Source of the DNA: Yuukianura sp. NJ FZ-2021
Lineage: Eukaryota
DNA: 64,000 nt
Assembly: GCA_046563655.1 (NCBI GenBank)
Contig: CM102285.1
Coordinates: 558,001-622,000, forward strand
Direction of reading: 5' to 3'
In this document: piece after piece, positions 38,630 through 51,883 of the stretch
How positions within the stretch are numbered: the stretch's first letter is position 1
Layout of the letters: each line of letters begins with the position of its first letter
Translations under genes and position numbers: made by a program
The notes under the pieces: generated by a model
Seen by the model: the letters and a program-made list of their open reading frames with translations, nothing else
The model's database searches: none
What the model was told of the DNA's origin: nothing

Positions 38630-41309
38630 TCAAAGACATTTGTCTAACCCCAAATGAGATAACTGACTGAGTCGTGGTACTTCATCAATTCTGTGAGGTA
38701 AAGTTGCTTCTGTAATTCAAAATTTATATTTTATATAAATAATCCACCATATAACATAATGCTCTACTAGTTCATAAATAGTTTGTAAACCCAAATCCTT
38801 CCTAATAGAGAGTTTGCGTTGTAAATAAATTATGGAATTTATAGAAAGTATAGAATTTATGACATAACGTTTCAAACTCTTCGGATTTACAATATATACA
38901 GTGAGTGCCACGAAAACCTGCACACCTCAAAACCAAAATTGTGGGGGGAAAAAGGTTTCATGAAAACAACTGAAATGATTGTTTCGCAACAGAATCAAGT
39001 TTTTCAGCTCAAAGTTACATTTTCGCCTCCATAATTTTAGTTGTTGCCAGGGAAACAAATTTGGGGTGTGCAGGTTTTCGTGGCACTCACTGTATATATA
39101 TATATATACATAATATTATAGGTATAATATACATAAAGTCTATAAACGATAAAAGTTTGGAAAGTGACGTCACAGATTTGAAATCAACCAATCACGGGAG
39201 GAGGTGGAAAGGGGCGGGATTTACTAAATCCTACACTTTCTATCAATTATATAGATTATTTGTAACGCAAACTCCCTAATCTTTTTCCTACATTTCAATA
39301 TTTTTGAAACGCTTTATATTCAACACTCACCTCACTAAAATCCTTCCTACCGAACCTCAACTTTTGAAGACGTCGCAATTGTCCAGTTCCACTTGCGTAA
39401 ATAATTCCATTCCAGCACTCAATCGTATCTCCGTCAAACGTCAACTTCCTTAATACTAAAAATGAATGTCACGTAAATCCTTCGGAATTAACATCGAAAT
39501 TTATAATATGTAAAAAAAAAAATTGTAAAATTTATAATTTATTTCGGTTACGTGGCAAATTCCGAAATGAATCAATCGAATCCGACGTCTGATATAGGTC
39601 TAAAGGAAAACTGCAAATTCTTTTCTGCCACTCTAAATCATACGGAGCTCCGCCCGAAAGATGGTGCCAGTGTTGTTTTCGAACCTCACTACAATCATCA
39701 GAACTAGGTTCAGAATGAATTGTGATGTCCAGCGTACTTAATTTTGGAAATCGGAAAATCCCCTTCAACGTTTTACAACTGATAACCAATTTTTCAACAT
39801 TTGGCAATACTTTTGGCCATTCTTCACACTCTTCTTCCGTTTTTAAACAGATTTCTGCAGATTTGACGTTTGGAAAAACACATCCGGAAAAACCGAAATT
39901 ATAGATGTCTTCTTCATATCTGCAAATGAGAGTTGTGAGGACTGGAAACTCCGTCTGTTGGCCTGGAACAACAGGAATGCCTACAGCTAGGTTATGAACA
40001 CTCAAGTATTTAAGATTCGCGGGGGAACGGAGCGGCAATGTAAGTGTAGTATAAGGCCGGTCACTATCGTTGTGATTCCGCAAGTCACAACATTCTAGAG
40101 TAAGCTTGCGCACAGACTTTAGGTTTTGAATCAATTGTGACAAAATTTCCATTGTTTGACGTAATCGGTCTGGATGGTCACCCCGTACAGTTATGGACGA
40201 GTCCAATTGAAGAATTCTGCATTTTGTTGAAATAACAGCTAAATTTGAGAGGTCATTGACATTGCTCAATGGAAGCTCAAGATTCATAAACAACCGTCGT
40301 ATGAGAACTGCCCCGTTCATGTTGTACAGTTGATTTAAGACGTCAGCCAAAATCGCATCGCTCGACATCTGAGCCAACAGACGCCGGATTGAAACGTCCC
40401 GGAGATTTGGAGCTTTTTGAAAAATTTGATTCAGAACAGGAATGAAATGTTTGTTCTCGGCGTCGAACGACTCGATTGTGAGTGCCTTCAAATTTCGAAG
40501 TTCAGGGATGCTAGTAAATTTCCCAATTTCCTCCGCTGTAACAGAGTCTATTTCTTCTACGTTGATGCAGCTTTCCAATAGGATTTGCAAGTTTTTCGAA
40601 AGATAACCCTCCCAAAACATTCGCCGATATTGAGGGACCCCAAAAACGTTCCATTGCTTAACAATTTTTCCAAACTGGGCACAAAACTGCTCTAAAGGCA
40701 GGCCCTTTGCCAACAAAGAAGTATAGAACCCAAACCTTTCAAAGGGAATAACCGCTTTGTTTTGGAACATTGTCACAAATTTGGCAATTTCAGACTCCTC
40801 TTCAAACGTGACCTCATACAATTTTTGTACAAATTCCGTTCCTAGTAGATTGAAGCGACTACTGACGAGACGCACCTTTGGAATGTCTTCCTTCCCCAAA
40901 CAATCAAGGATTTTCCCCAGAATCTGCAACACAAGTATTTCATCACCAGACCTGCCTAAAATATTTACTTTACATGTTAAAAAAATGTTAAAAATCAATA
41001 TTAGTAAAACGATTGAAAATAAAACTACTGACACTCCACGAATTACTGGTCAACCGAAACTACTGCAGAAAATTTTCTTTTCACATGCAGAATATGACTA
41101 TACTTTTTAAATTCAAAGTTTCGAGATCACGTTAAAATGTTTCCCTCGTTAGTTAATTTTAAACCACCTAATTTCAAAAGTAAATTTTGAAAGTCAGGCC
41201 ATCATCAAATATTAATAATTTGTTTTAGGAATTGATAAATTAGTAAATTAAGTAACTAACTCAAGTAAGTTAAGTAAGTTGCACTTACTTCATTTGGAAT
41301 AGAATTCAT
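38630..41309 (-). CDS. F-box/LRR-like protein
   Basis: Exons 41309-41289, 40923-39552, 39455-39351, 38709-38630. Splicing gives the F-box MNSIPNE|ILGKILDCLGKEDIPKVRLVSSRFN, followed by LRR-like units (LRNLKALTI, APNLRDVSI, FPKLSTLDI). Ends LSHLGLDKCL*. Confidence 0.8.
38807..39277. mobile_element. PIF/Harbinger-like MITE in the last F-box intron
   Basis: About 50-bp imperfect TIRs AGAGAGTTTGCGTTGTAAATAA and TTATTTGTAACGCAAACTCCCT; AAT flanks both ends. Confidence 0.7.
38899..39092. mobile_element. Tc1/mariner-type MITE nested in the Harbinger-like MITE
   Basis: TIR CAGTGAGTGCCACGAAAACCTGCACACC is perfect at both ends; TA TSD. Confidence 0.9.
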
Positions 41310-41833
41310 GTCTTGGCGGTACAGGACAAACGAGCACACAGCGGTTCTAAATTCCGCGCATTAACTTATCGGGCACACTCCGTGTGAAGGTTGTGATGAA
41401 TTCTTGGGCTTCGTTAATCGTTAAGTTCGCGTTCTGGGGTAATTATCTGCACTTTTTAAGTTTTGCCTGGAAAGCGTTTGTTAAAGTTTTCGTGACAGCA
41501 GTTGATACGCATTTTGAAGGCCCTTGAGCCAGATAATAAGAGTGCAAAGTGCAATAAAACAATTTTTTTGAAAACTGATTATTTTTGTGTCGTTTTGCTT
41601 ACAATTATGGTTAGGCCGACACACAAAGCAGAGTTGGAGATTCCAATTTGGAATGAGATTATCAAAACTGATTGGCAGTTTTTTTTTTTTTTGTATCGTA
41701 TAAGCCAGAAATAGCGAACTTTCCGCCGTTTTTATGTTCGTTTAACAAAAAAATTCAATATTTCGGGGATTTTTGTCTCATATTTTTGACAACTCTGATT
41801 ATTAACATAGTAGGTACTATTAGAATTGAATGT

Positions 41834-44800
41834 TCAATGTTCCTTGTACTCCCGGGTACACTTCCCATCCGCAATTTCAACAAGTTTTGCCATGACTTCA
41901 TCCGAAAACGGGTAGTTCTCGCTCCTACGACCAGTGTCATACTTGTAAAACCTGAAAACAGTGAATATTTACATAAATATATAAACGTATCTTGCATAAA
42001 TTGTAATATTATTATGTATTTTGAGTATATTACAATCCCGCATCCACTTTAATCTTTGTATTTGAGGAGAGGCTGACACGACTCCCAGTGATTGAAGCCG
42101 TATCTTTTTCATTCACTGGCATTTTCTTGGTAAAGAGACAGCGTGTGAGGGGGTCGTTGAGATGGCGCTGTGTGTCAAGGTTAATAGACAGTCTTTTAAA
42201 CAGCCACGGCATCCTTAGTCCCTTGTGCAGTCGAAATGCAAATGATTCTAGTAGAAATATTTCCTGGAGCATACTGTACAACGCTGCAATGTGACTTTGT
42301 TGCCGCAATTCCTGAAATATGCCACATATATGCACGATATATACTAGATATATACCACATATATAGCGGATATATATGCGTGATATTCCAAGTATATACT
42401 TGAGCAATATGCTAATACGTGCGAGATATATTAAACCTGATACAGTCAGTCATGTTTGTATATTTATATCAAAGTATGCAACCAAGGTTTCTTGACAACC
42501 GAATTGTATTCCTACAACAGGTTATCCAATGACTCGGAATTTTCAAAAATCTCGAGAAAAAAAAAAAACTTTTTTCCTCCAATTTCAATTACACAACGTG
42601 TAAATAATTACCATAAAAAGCTACCAGGAGGTTTTTGACGAATTTTAACAATTTTCAAATCAGTGAGTTATTGGACAAATTGGTTTAAAAAAACCTTTTT
42701 GTTTGTTGACGAACCTTGGTATGCAACGGTAAAGCAGTATATAAATCAGGAATTATGTTGATCAATACTATGTAAATATGCAAATATTATGTGTATACCT
42801 GTGTGTCGTTTACCGCCAGTCCAATGAGCATATTGAGTAGTACCATGGACATGAGTACAGTGAACAGTGAGAAAAGTACTTGCATTGTGAGGTAATGGTC
42901 TGGAGAAATCGCTGATGCTGCATCGCTGTAAAACACTTCATCGTAGTTCAGCTCTCCAGTCATCATCACAAGTACTTTTGGAACAGCCAGCCATGGCGAT
43001 GTAAACGCTTTTCCCTAAAATTTGAAAATATTAAACTGCAGTTTATTAAATTATCAAAAATTTAAAATTCGGTCTGTAAGATTCTAAATTTACCTACCTC
43101 AGGCATGAGAATGCACAAGGCAAATGCAAAGGCAAACAGCAAAGAAGCAAACGTACAAATGAAAAGTGCAAAACTCTTGATAACCTGCAAAAAGGTCCAC
43201 ATTTTAGCGAATTTTCAAAATTTTGCTATAATTTTAGCAAATTTTTGCTAGGCGAGAAATTTACCTTGAGAAAAATTTCAATGTAGATTCGTAGTTCTTG
43301 TATTTTGCAAATTTGGCCCAAAACTAGCGTCCATACCACAAACAGAGTTACCTACACATGTAATTGTATAGTAGTTAAATTTTCAAAAAAAAAAATGTTT
43401 TTTTTTTTTCAAAATTTTCTGAAATTTTTTAAAAACTTGTCTTACTGCGGATACTTTGTATTGCCAAGGATGAATTGTAACTAAAGTGGATCCAGATAGG
43501 TACTGATACACCGGAATTGAAGTAAAGACGACCGATCCACATACGAACAGTTGCCCAATATTTTCCAGTTCCGTAAAGTATCGCACTTTGGAGGGAGCAG
43601 CAAGTATTTCAAATGCTTCTTTAAACAAAAACAAACCGCCAAGTATCCAGCACATCACGCCCAGTACTAGCACTAACGCATCGATGTTGCTCCGGTTGCA
43701 TTCGATTGTTGTGTCGCCAGTGGCAACGGTGGTGACATTTTCAGATGCGTCGCCATTTGTATTGCCTCTGACTTCCGGTTTCCATGGGCAACTCGTGTAG
43801 TAAATTTGAAAAATAAAGTAGGCGTAGATGACATGCCATGCAACCTAATGTCAAAAAAAATTTGGTTACAATTACGCGCTCCCAAATTTTAAATTTTTCT
43901 ACCGGTAGCGGCATTTTTGAACATAAAAAGTAAATAAAAATTAGGGGCCAAAACGTTAAAAACTTAAAAGTTGAAGTTAAAAGTTAGAGTTAAAAGTTAA
44001 AAGTTAAAAGTCAGAGTTAAAAGTTAAAAGTTACATGAATGAGCATGGACATAATGATGAATGGATACGCTCTTCTGTACTTGAGACACAAAAAGACTTG
44101 AACCAATGGGTGATCAAGGATGACGTCAAAATTCTCAGATCGCCCCTTCAAAACACCGCTGAAATTATTCGATTCCAAACGCTTGTCCAGCTCTTCTGCC
44201 GTATCCGAGGAAAAATCAAAGTGACTTTCTGTAATTTTGCTGAAATTTTACAAAATGACATTGAAATTTTAAAAAACTTTTGAAATTTTAAAAAATTTTA
44301 CTTGAAATTGAGTAGAATCTGTTCCTGTTCATCATCCACCCATCGCACGCCTTCGTCGTATTGAAACTGTAACAGTTTCGGCATTCGACTTTGAATCAGT
44401 TCTAGACAAGTATAGCCTTTTTCGTGCTTGTTTCTATAAATCCAAATAATATATTATTTTATTAATTAATTCATTATATTTATGTGTTAATTACATTATA
44501 TTTATGTATTAATTATGTAATTAGGTGTTTACCTAAGTGCCAAATCTGGTTTGCATTTTAGAATAATTTGAGCCAGTTTTTCCCGCCCTGCTTCAATTGC
44601 AAGATGCAAAGCAGTGTTGCCATTTTCATCTTGCAAGTCTACAAATTTCACTGGAGTGTCGTACAATTTGTCGTATTTGTGCAGAATCACCTCAGTCATG
44701 CGTCGTGCTGCTTGTCTATTAGCTGTTTTAAAAAATGAAATTTTGAAAATAATTTTGAATCTTGAAGTTTCAAAATTTCGAACTTCGAAATTGTAAGATA

Positions 44801-45223
44801 CTCCAAACTTTACGAATTTTGGCAGCGATGTGTAGAATAGTCTTTTTCTGGCCGTTGACTTCCAGTAGAACTTGTTGCGTTTCTTCTTTAGTACAAGCAG
44901 GATCATTCAAAATTTCCTTCACCTCTAATTCTTTTTCTTCAAAATTCTTTTTGGCGCCATCTAAGATTTCGAAAATTCGAGTTGCTCTGGGTGATAGGCT
45001 AAGTGCAGTTTGCGCATGTGCAGATTCCACTGGCGACATTTGAATGGCCACCGACCGTTCGGCTGAAGGCTGAGCATTTGGATCCAAAAATGGCTGACAT
45101 TCACCATTTGCCGAAAGGCCTTCAAATCGGACCTGAAAAAAAATTCATTTTTAGAATTTCAAAATAATTTTCGTTGTTAAAAAATTGCAGATTTTAAATT
45201 TTTACCTCATCAGCGTTGCTCAT
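41834..45223 (-). CDS. TRPA-family cation channel (pyrexia/water witch/painless-like) with a short ankyrin region
   Basis: About 11 exons, about 690 aa by manual reconstruction. Ankyrin motifs KKTILHIAAK and DENGNTALHLAIEAG; pre-S1 ILDHPLVQVFLCLKY; TM region KEAFEI...YFTELENIGQ; pore MMTGELNYDEVF; S6 VLLNMLIGLAVNDTQ. Ends MAKLVEIADGKCTREYKEH*. Confidence 0.85.
43955..44032. repeat. (AAAGTTA)n heptamer microsatellite in a TRPA intron
   Basis: About 10 degenerate AAAAGTT/AGAGTTA units directly visible. Confidence 0.85.
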
Positions 45224-45740
45224 TTTGAACTCCAATAGATTTTTTTTGTTCTTAAAAAAAAACTAAAGTTGTTCGTGGTCTAGCACTCACAAACCACTGA
45301 ACCATAAAACACAATTTAAGAGATTCGTTTATAGTTTGCTCTGTAGCATAAAACTAACATTTTTCGAGTTTAATAAAGTAGCAAATACGGAAAAAAAATT
45401 AGAAGTTAAAATTTTTATCTACTGTTACAAAATCAGAAAGTCGTTTGAAAATTAGTTTGCGTTGTTTATTGATTTGCTACATTTTTTTTGCCCTGTTTGA
45501 ACAAACAAAAACTTTTTTTTTGTTGCAATGTTGCCAACTTGTGGAATTCGCGCTTTTTGTTTTCGCTCTAACGACCTGGAATCGTCTCAAATGTTACGCA
45601 GTGCTACATACATAAATTAGCACACTTTGTTCAGGTATTCTGAAAAACACGGTGGACAGACGGACAAACGGATTGCATATAGTTGCTTTTGTTATCCGTT
45701 GGAGCAGAGTTGTGGTGGTTTTCTGGTTTATCAAGCTATT

Positions 45741-46068
45741 AGCTTGTTTCAAATAAAAGATTATAATCCTCCGCTGATTAACCCGGCTTGGATTATAATC
45801 GATTAATTTGAGTGTATCCGATTTTTTCGGCCGATTGTCAGCTGATGTGCAAGGGCGGGAATTGAAAATTTCAAAAATAACAACAGTGGGTGGTGATGGT
45901 CGGGTGGAGGGAGCAGATTAATCCAAGAGAATCGTGGTTTTCGTGGATTCTTTTTTGGCCGATTATAATCCAAAAAGTGGCGCACTGCGCCTGCGCACCA
46001 CCTCAGATTAATCTGACTTGGCAGATTAATCTGAAAAGCGATTATAATCGCTTTATTTGAAACAAGCT
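45741..46068. mobile_element. MITE (Harbinger-like) with internal GATTATAATC palindromes
   Basis: TIRs AGCTTGTTTCAAATAAA and TTTATTTGAAACAAGCT; four GATTATAATC copies plus GATTAATC motifs. Confidence 0.75.
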
Positions 46069-46464
46069 AATAACTTTCACACCACTCAACACTTGAGTAA
46101 GCGTCTGGAAGTAAAAAGTCTTTGTAAATGCAAAGACTTTGAGAGCAAAGGTCAAATTTCACTTCAAGGTCAACTGGATCACAGTTTGAAGATTCCAAAG
46201 CGTCAAACTGTGTTCAAATGTTTTTTACAAGAGTGAAATGTAGCAGACTCAGCAACTATAGTCTACATTTAGATTTTACACTCACAAAAAAAGTTAACAC
46301 CTTTTTCTTTTACAGAATGCTCAAAAGTAACTATAAAAAAAAATAATAAATTGTGCTCAGTGAATACTCAGCGTTAATTTTAATATTTAATGCAAATGCA
46401 ATTATTGTAATTAATTATGTAATTAATGTAATTAATGTATTTATAGGTGTCAATTAGTAAAGTA

Positions 46465-48279
46465 CTAAAGTAGTAAAATCTTATACTTTTGCCGTCTAGA
46501 ATCATGTTCAGGTAAAGTTGTCAACCATTTTCGAAGTCCAATTACGACAATTGCAGACATTATTGTCAGTCCACCTACAAAACTACATAGACAAACAATT
46601 ACCCAATAACGAATTACTTCAACAACGTAATTACTTTGTAATTAAGCACTGTAATTACTAATTACACTGATTAATTACAAAGTAATTACTAATTAGTATT
46701 TCATCACCTAATTTGTTCTATGTAATTACTTACCTCAGTTCATCCGGATTAACACCAAGAAAAATGAATTGCAGAATGTAAGCTACGAAAAATGAAGCGA
46801 AAATTTAAATTTCTTCCAGATTTCAAAAACTTTTTTTTTCTTTTCGAAATTTACTCTTTTTTTTCAAAAATAAGTTAAAAACGTACCAAAAATGATGTCC
46901 GCAGAGCGTAGCAGTGAAACGGGACCCGCCTAATTTGTAACAGAATTTGTGTAAAAGTTTTTCTTTTGTGTGGTTTTAAAATTCTGGAAATTTTAAAAAT
47001 TCAAATTTCCGGTTTAAATTTTTACTTGTTCGAATTTAAGCCCAAGAATGGTTGCCATTTGAGCCAAAAATGCAATCGACATCAATGCTCCAATCAGAGA
47101 AATTTGAAAATTGGTCGAGGGAAATTTGAAAACGCCAGAGAATTCAGCCAGACTAAAAGTTTGTACGACTCCAATTAGACCGAATGCGACCATCATTACA
47201 GAAAAATGCACCGTTCGAATTTTGCGTAGCAAAATGAACGCAATTGACATGCAAACGAGTGAAGCCGTGGCTAATCCTACGCCAATCTATGCAAACAGAC
47301 CGTGAATTTCAATTTCAAATTGAAACTTTTCATAATTTTCGTTTTTTACCAAATTTTCATAATCGTATTCTTTCGCTCCAGTTATGAACGGAGGTCTGGT
47401 CATGATGACAACTCCAACCAATGCGACGATTGACCCCACGATGGGTATGACTCCTAGTTTCTCTTTTAAGAAAAAGTGGGCCAAAACAGTGACAAAAATG
47501 GGCGTGGAATAGGAAATGACCATGGTGTCTCCAATGCTTAGATAATGTAAGGAGTAGTATCGAAAAATTATAGAAGACGACATCACAGTGCCGCGAATCT
47601 GTCGAAATTTCAAAAAAAAAACTTTTCAAAATTTCATTTTCAAAAAGTAGTTTTTATGAAAGTTGTTACCAAAAGTCCGATGAGTGTGTGCCATTTTTCT
47701 TTGACCTCTGAAGAGTGACCAATCAGAGGCCAGATTGAGGAAAAAACGGAGTCTTCTGACTTGGATTTTGAGCGCCGAAATTCAATTGCTAAAAGAAGAG
47801 GAATTGAAGGTACCAAAACTCCAAAAAACCGCCAAAATGAACTCGTGTACGAATGGAATTTATCTTCTGTATTCAAAACTTTGACAATCAAAGTCTTTCA
47901 AAAAAAATTATTTTTTTTAAAAAGTTGGTATAAATTTTTTTTTTTTTTTTGAAAAATTCGAAAATTTTGGAAAAGAATGTTTCCTTACCGAGAATGAGGA
48001 TAGAAGGCTGGCAAGTAGAGTGAACATCATTCCAATGTACTTCGCCCATCCGCGTCGCGCAGGTTTTGCTTCTTTCTGGCTTTCATTTTGTAGTTCAGTT
48101 TCGTTTTCGTTAAAGTCAATTTTTGAGGTCAAGGTCAATTTGTCTTCTGGCAAAGTTTTTGAGGTCAAGGTCAAGTTGACTAATGGTAAAACTGTAACTT
48201 TTTGAAGTTCTTTGCCATCGTCACCCAGAAATCCAGGATTAGTCACTCCGTCACTCGATTTGACTAATGCAGTGTTCAT
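46465..48279 (-). CDS. SLC35G1/TMEM20-like EamA (DMT) family transporter
   Basis: Multi-exon. YSLHYLSIGDTMVISYSTPIFVTVLAHFFLKE; GVVIMTRPPFI; ILLRKIRTVHFSV; AQMATILGLKFEQAGPVSLLRSADIIFAYILQFIF. Ends VIGLRKWLTTLPEHDSRRQKYKILLL*. Confidence 0.88.
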
Positions 48280-49943
48280 TTTTAACACAAATTTTTCCAA
48301 AACCAGAAAAATTTTCTGTAGGTTTCTCAGAAAAAAAAGTTTGCCTCTGCTTTTTTTTTTTTTGAAATGTCAAAAAACTTTGTAAAAGTTCACCACTCCT
48401 TGATAAATTTTTGAAACTGAGGAGGAGCACATCAAATTTTTAATTTCCAAAAAAATGAGATTCTGTCAAATTTCAAATTTGTGTTCTGGATGATCGTTTT
48501 TAAATTTAAAATGAGAACAAAATTGAAAATTTGTGATTTTTGAACGCTTTATGTGTGCACGGGTTTCTAAAATTGTTAAACACGCAGCAGCAGTATGACA
48601 TACTACCAACAATGGATTTTAATATTTCATGTAGTCATCGTTCAAAATTTTCCAAAACGAAAATGTGTTTCGAAAATTTATTGTGTAATATACATATTAA
48701 TACATAATAATATAATCAATTTCTTTGGACCACGTCAAATGTGACCTTGGTGGGACGTGATTTACGTTTCAAAAAATTGTGACGCAGTTTGGTTCATAAG
48801 ATTTTCAAATCCATTTTTCATAGTAGTTACTTTAAAAAAAAACAAATACGGATTGAAGTATTGACCTTGAACAGTTCAGTTTGCTTTGCAAATTTTCACA
48901 TTTCACAATTTGTTCAAAATTTCAGTAGTTTTCGAAACACAAATGCCTTTGTTTAACACAAAAAATGACAGAAAAAGTTGAATATGACGTAACTTATATA
49001 AGTAAGCCTCTCCTAACTAAGTAACACATGACAAAAACTTACACATCAAATTCTGTGATTCAAGTGAGTATACGTAAAGACGCAACACAATATTTACGGT
49101 AAGAAGCTTGTTACATGTTACATGTCACGTAACATTCTACGCCGACGTAAATATTAACATGCATTCTACGTTACAACAAAAACGTTTTGATAACGTCCGG
49201 AATCACAAAACGTTTCCAACGGCTCACAAACCATTTTTCAAAAATGTACATTTGCTAACGGACAATTTAAAAATTTAAAAACGGACAATATTTCTTTCAG
49301 TGCAAGTAGGAGCGTGATTCATACTAATTAATCTCTCCTAATTAATCATAAATCATGACTCAGGTATCACGCAAATCACGGAACCATTTGGACATCAGTT
49401 TACTAATTACTACACTTTTACCGAATGTTTGTCCGGCACTTACAGCTGGACATTGGTAGGAATTCTTGAGATAAGTGGCTGATTCACGTCAAGATTATTG
49501 CAAACTCACACATTATCTGCCCACATGGACAGTGTCCTTCCTATACTCAAAAACACAATCAATCGATTAACGTAATCAGTTGCTTTTCGCACTCTGATGA
49601 TCTGGCTTTAGTTCTTTTAGTGTACCTTTGTCTACGTTATCAAAGTCCTCAAAGTCATGTTTTGCCGTCCGCAATCCCGTGAGCCATGCCATGAGTCACA
49701 TCGTCAATGTCGTATCCTGTCGATGTCTATGCTGAATCAACGACTAGATTTGACTTCGACATTATCATCATCACGTTATTATCAACGAAGTGTGCAAGCT
49801 CTGGAGAGTTCTAATCGGTATATTACTTAAGTCCCACATCGTCCATCAAGCCAGACTCGCAGCAACCTACGACCAAGAATCAGCTGATCAATAATACAAC
49901 CTATTTAACAAGTATTTTACACTAACTCACCCCCAAATCCAAA

Positions 49944-51017
49944 ATGGCTGCCAACTTTCTGACACTTCTGCTTATCGGGCTGTCACTCGTGCCTGGTCAG
50001 CTGGCATTCGATCTCACCGAGTGCCCTCGGTTCTCCGGTGATGCCCGGTCGTTGACCACCGTAGTTTACGACAGTGTTGCCGTAACTGCTCCTAAGAAAG
50101 CGTATATCCTCGGTGGACTCAAAGGACAAGAAAGAAGCTACGAACAGCTGACGGACATCATTGAGTATGACCTTACAACCGGTGCGTCTTCAATTCGCGG
50201 ACTGTTTCCTATCCCAGTATCCCACGGTGCAGCTACTTTCCACCCTCCTGACAGTAAGACTATCTACTACTTCGGTGGCGGTATTCCACAGGAAGACAAA
50301 TATGATACGCACATCTTCAAGTTGACACTTGATAGTCCCGCTACTGGGTTAGTCCAGGCACAACTGGTCGGAGAACTTCTAGAAGGCAGAGCCGGAGCAT
50401 CAGCTGTTTCGAGTGGCAGTTTTATCTACCTCTTTGGCGGGTATACGGGAGAAGGGAAGTCCAGTGAAATCATCAAGTACGATGTGGCTAAGCCAACGGT
50501 TCAAGAGACAGTGGCTCACCTTCCGTTCAAGGCTGCCCCGACGTCAACTGTCGTCAATGGCAACGACATCTTTATCTTCGGAGAAAAAGAGTACGTCTTT
50601 CTGTACAAGGCTGACACTAACCTCGTTTCAAACGCGACGTCATTGCAACATGTTCCGACGTCATCCGTTGCCGTCAAGGTCAGCGACACAGTGGCTTACG
50701 TCCTTGGAACCAACAAGGCTGAAGATGGATTCAAGCAGAATAAGTTCGACATCACCGGCAAAACCACAAGCCAAATCTGCGCCAACGCAGCCTTTCCAGA
50801 CGGTATCAGTGGATCCACCATTTACGACAAGACGTCCAGCAAAATCATGATTTTTGGCGGGAACGTGACTAACTCCCTTCGTCAAACCGTCATCTGTATC
50901 GACAGTAAAACTATGGACACAGTCTGCCCAAAGGATGAAAACGCAGCCTCTGCCCTCACGATCCAATTGGCCACTTTCCTCTTCACATTCTTAGCTATCA
51001 AATTTAATTTGTATTAA
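49944..51017 (+). CDS. Secreted, probably GPI-anchored Kelch-type beta-propeller protein, paralogue 1 (intronless)
   Basis: Signal peptide MAANFLTLLLIGLSLVPGQLA; six blade motifs (AYILGG, IYYFGG, IYLFGG, IFIFG, AYVLG, IMIFGG); C-terminal small residues and hydrophobic tail NAASALTIQLATFLFTFLAIKFNLY. Confidence 0.85.
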   Translation: MAANFLTLLLIGLSLVPGQLAFDLTECPRFSGDARSLTTVVYDSVAVTAPKKAYILGGLKGQERSYEQLTDIIEYDLTTGASSIRGLFPIPVSHGAATFHPPDSKTIYYFGGGIPQEDKYDTHIFKLTLDSPATGLVQAQLVGELLEGRAGASAVSSGSFIYLFGGYTGEGKSSEIIKYDVAKPTVQETVAHLPFKAAPTSTVVNGNDIFIFGEKEYVFLYKADTNLVSNATSLQHVPTSSVAVKVSDTVAYVLGTNKAEDGFKQNKFDITGKTTSQICANAAFPDGISGSTIYDKTSSKIMIFGGNVTNSLRQTVICIDSKTMDTVCPKDENAASALTIQLATFLFTFLAIKFNLY

Positions 51018-51073
51018 ATTAGCATTTGTCGTACTACATTTTACCTCATTATACCATAAAAATTGTAGTAGTA

Positions 51074-51222
51074 CCGTATTTATCGGCGTATAACGCGCGT
51101 GTTATCTGGTGTTTTTTCTTTCCCAAGATGAACAAAATGAGATTCATTTCTAATCTTCAAATTGGCATTATTTTTCGACCGGAAATGGCATTGTCGAGGG
51201 CGCTATACTCCGATAAATACGG
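51074..51222. mobile_element. pogo/Tc1-type MITE downstream of Kelch paralogue 1
   Basis: TIRs CCGTATTTATCGGCGTATA and TATACTCCGATAAATACGG with TA flanks. Absent from the homologous position (about 53460) behind paralogue 2. Confidence 0.8.
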
Positions 51223-51760
51223 TACTTTTTCAGTTTAGTTGTGTGAAATTTTAAATTTTAGGTAATTTTGAAAATAAAATGTGACTTGCGTAATAGAATT
51301 CTTATCTTCATTCATAATTCGGTAATTTTGGTTTGATTGGTGGACTTAAGTGGAATGGTAAACTTTAAGTGGATTTTTCATAATCTACGAAAAACAATGT
51401 AGAGCAATGGAAAACTTGAATAAAATTTCGAAATTTAGTTTACAATAGGCCAAGGTTTTCTGAAAAAAAAATTAGATAAAAATTGCTATCAAATTTGTTG
51501 ATGATGACATTTGGTTTAGTGATAATCGCTGAGAGATAGCAGTATAACACGAGCGTTTTTATTGCATGACTCTTCATCAAAATAAAATTGTTAAGCATTT
51601 TTTGTAAGTAGAAAAGGTTTCGAAACTTTTTCGAAAATCGAACGTTTGAAATTATGTGAAAACGTTTGTAAAAAGTGCAGTTTGTATGCATGAATTGAAT
51701 GTTTTCACCTACCCTATGCTTAGCCTTAGGGGAGTTGGACGGAAAGCGTCCAGGGACTGA

Positions 51761-51883
51761 TATCGTTTTGCACAGAAGTAGTTCCTGAGTTTTGAAAAGA
51801 CCGCCAAGGAAACTGCTTTTGTTCGAAAAAGTGTTCTTGGCGGTCTTTTCAAAACTCAAGAACTACTTCTGTGCAAGACGATA
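51761..51883. repeat. Long palindrome (48-bp arms, 2 mismatches)
   Basis: TATCGTTTTGCACAGAAGTAGTTCCTGAGTTTTGAAAAGACCGCCAAG ... CTTGGCGGTCTTTTCAAAACTCAAGAACTACTTCTGTGCAAGACGATA. Confidence 0.9.

Noticed and set aside
40924-41034. Hydrophobic N-terminus of the 500-aa ORF as a signal peptide or TM segment on an F-box protein
   Set aside because: Starts at a non-ATG codon and is probably intronic. The 21-nt exon MNSIPNE at 41309-41289 splices to 40923 and completes a canonical F-box.
41755-41997. ORF-track frame taken as the TRPA last exon
   Set aside because: Splice phase from the previous exon selects another frame (FYKYDTGRR...EYKEH*, stop at 41834).
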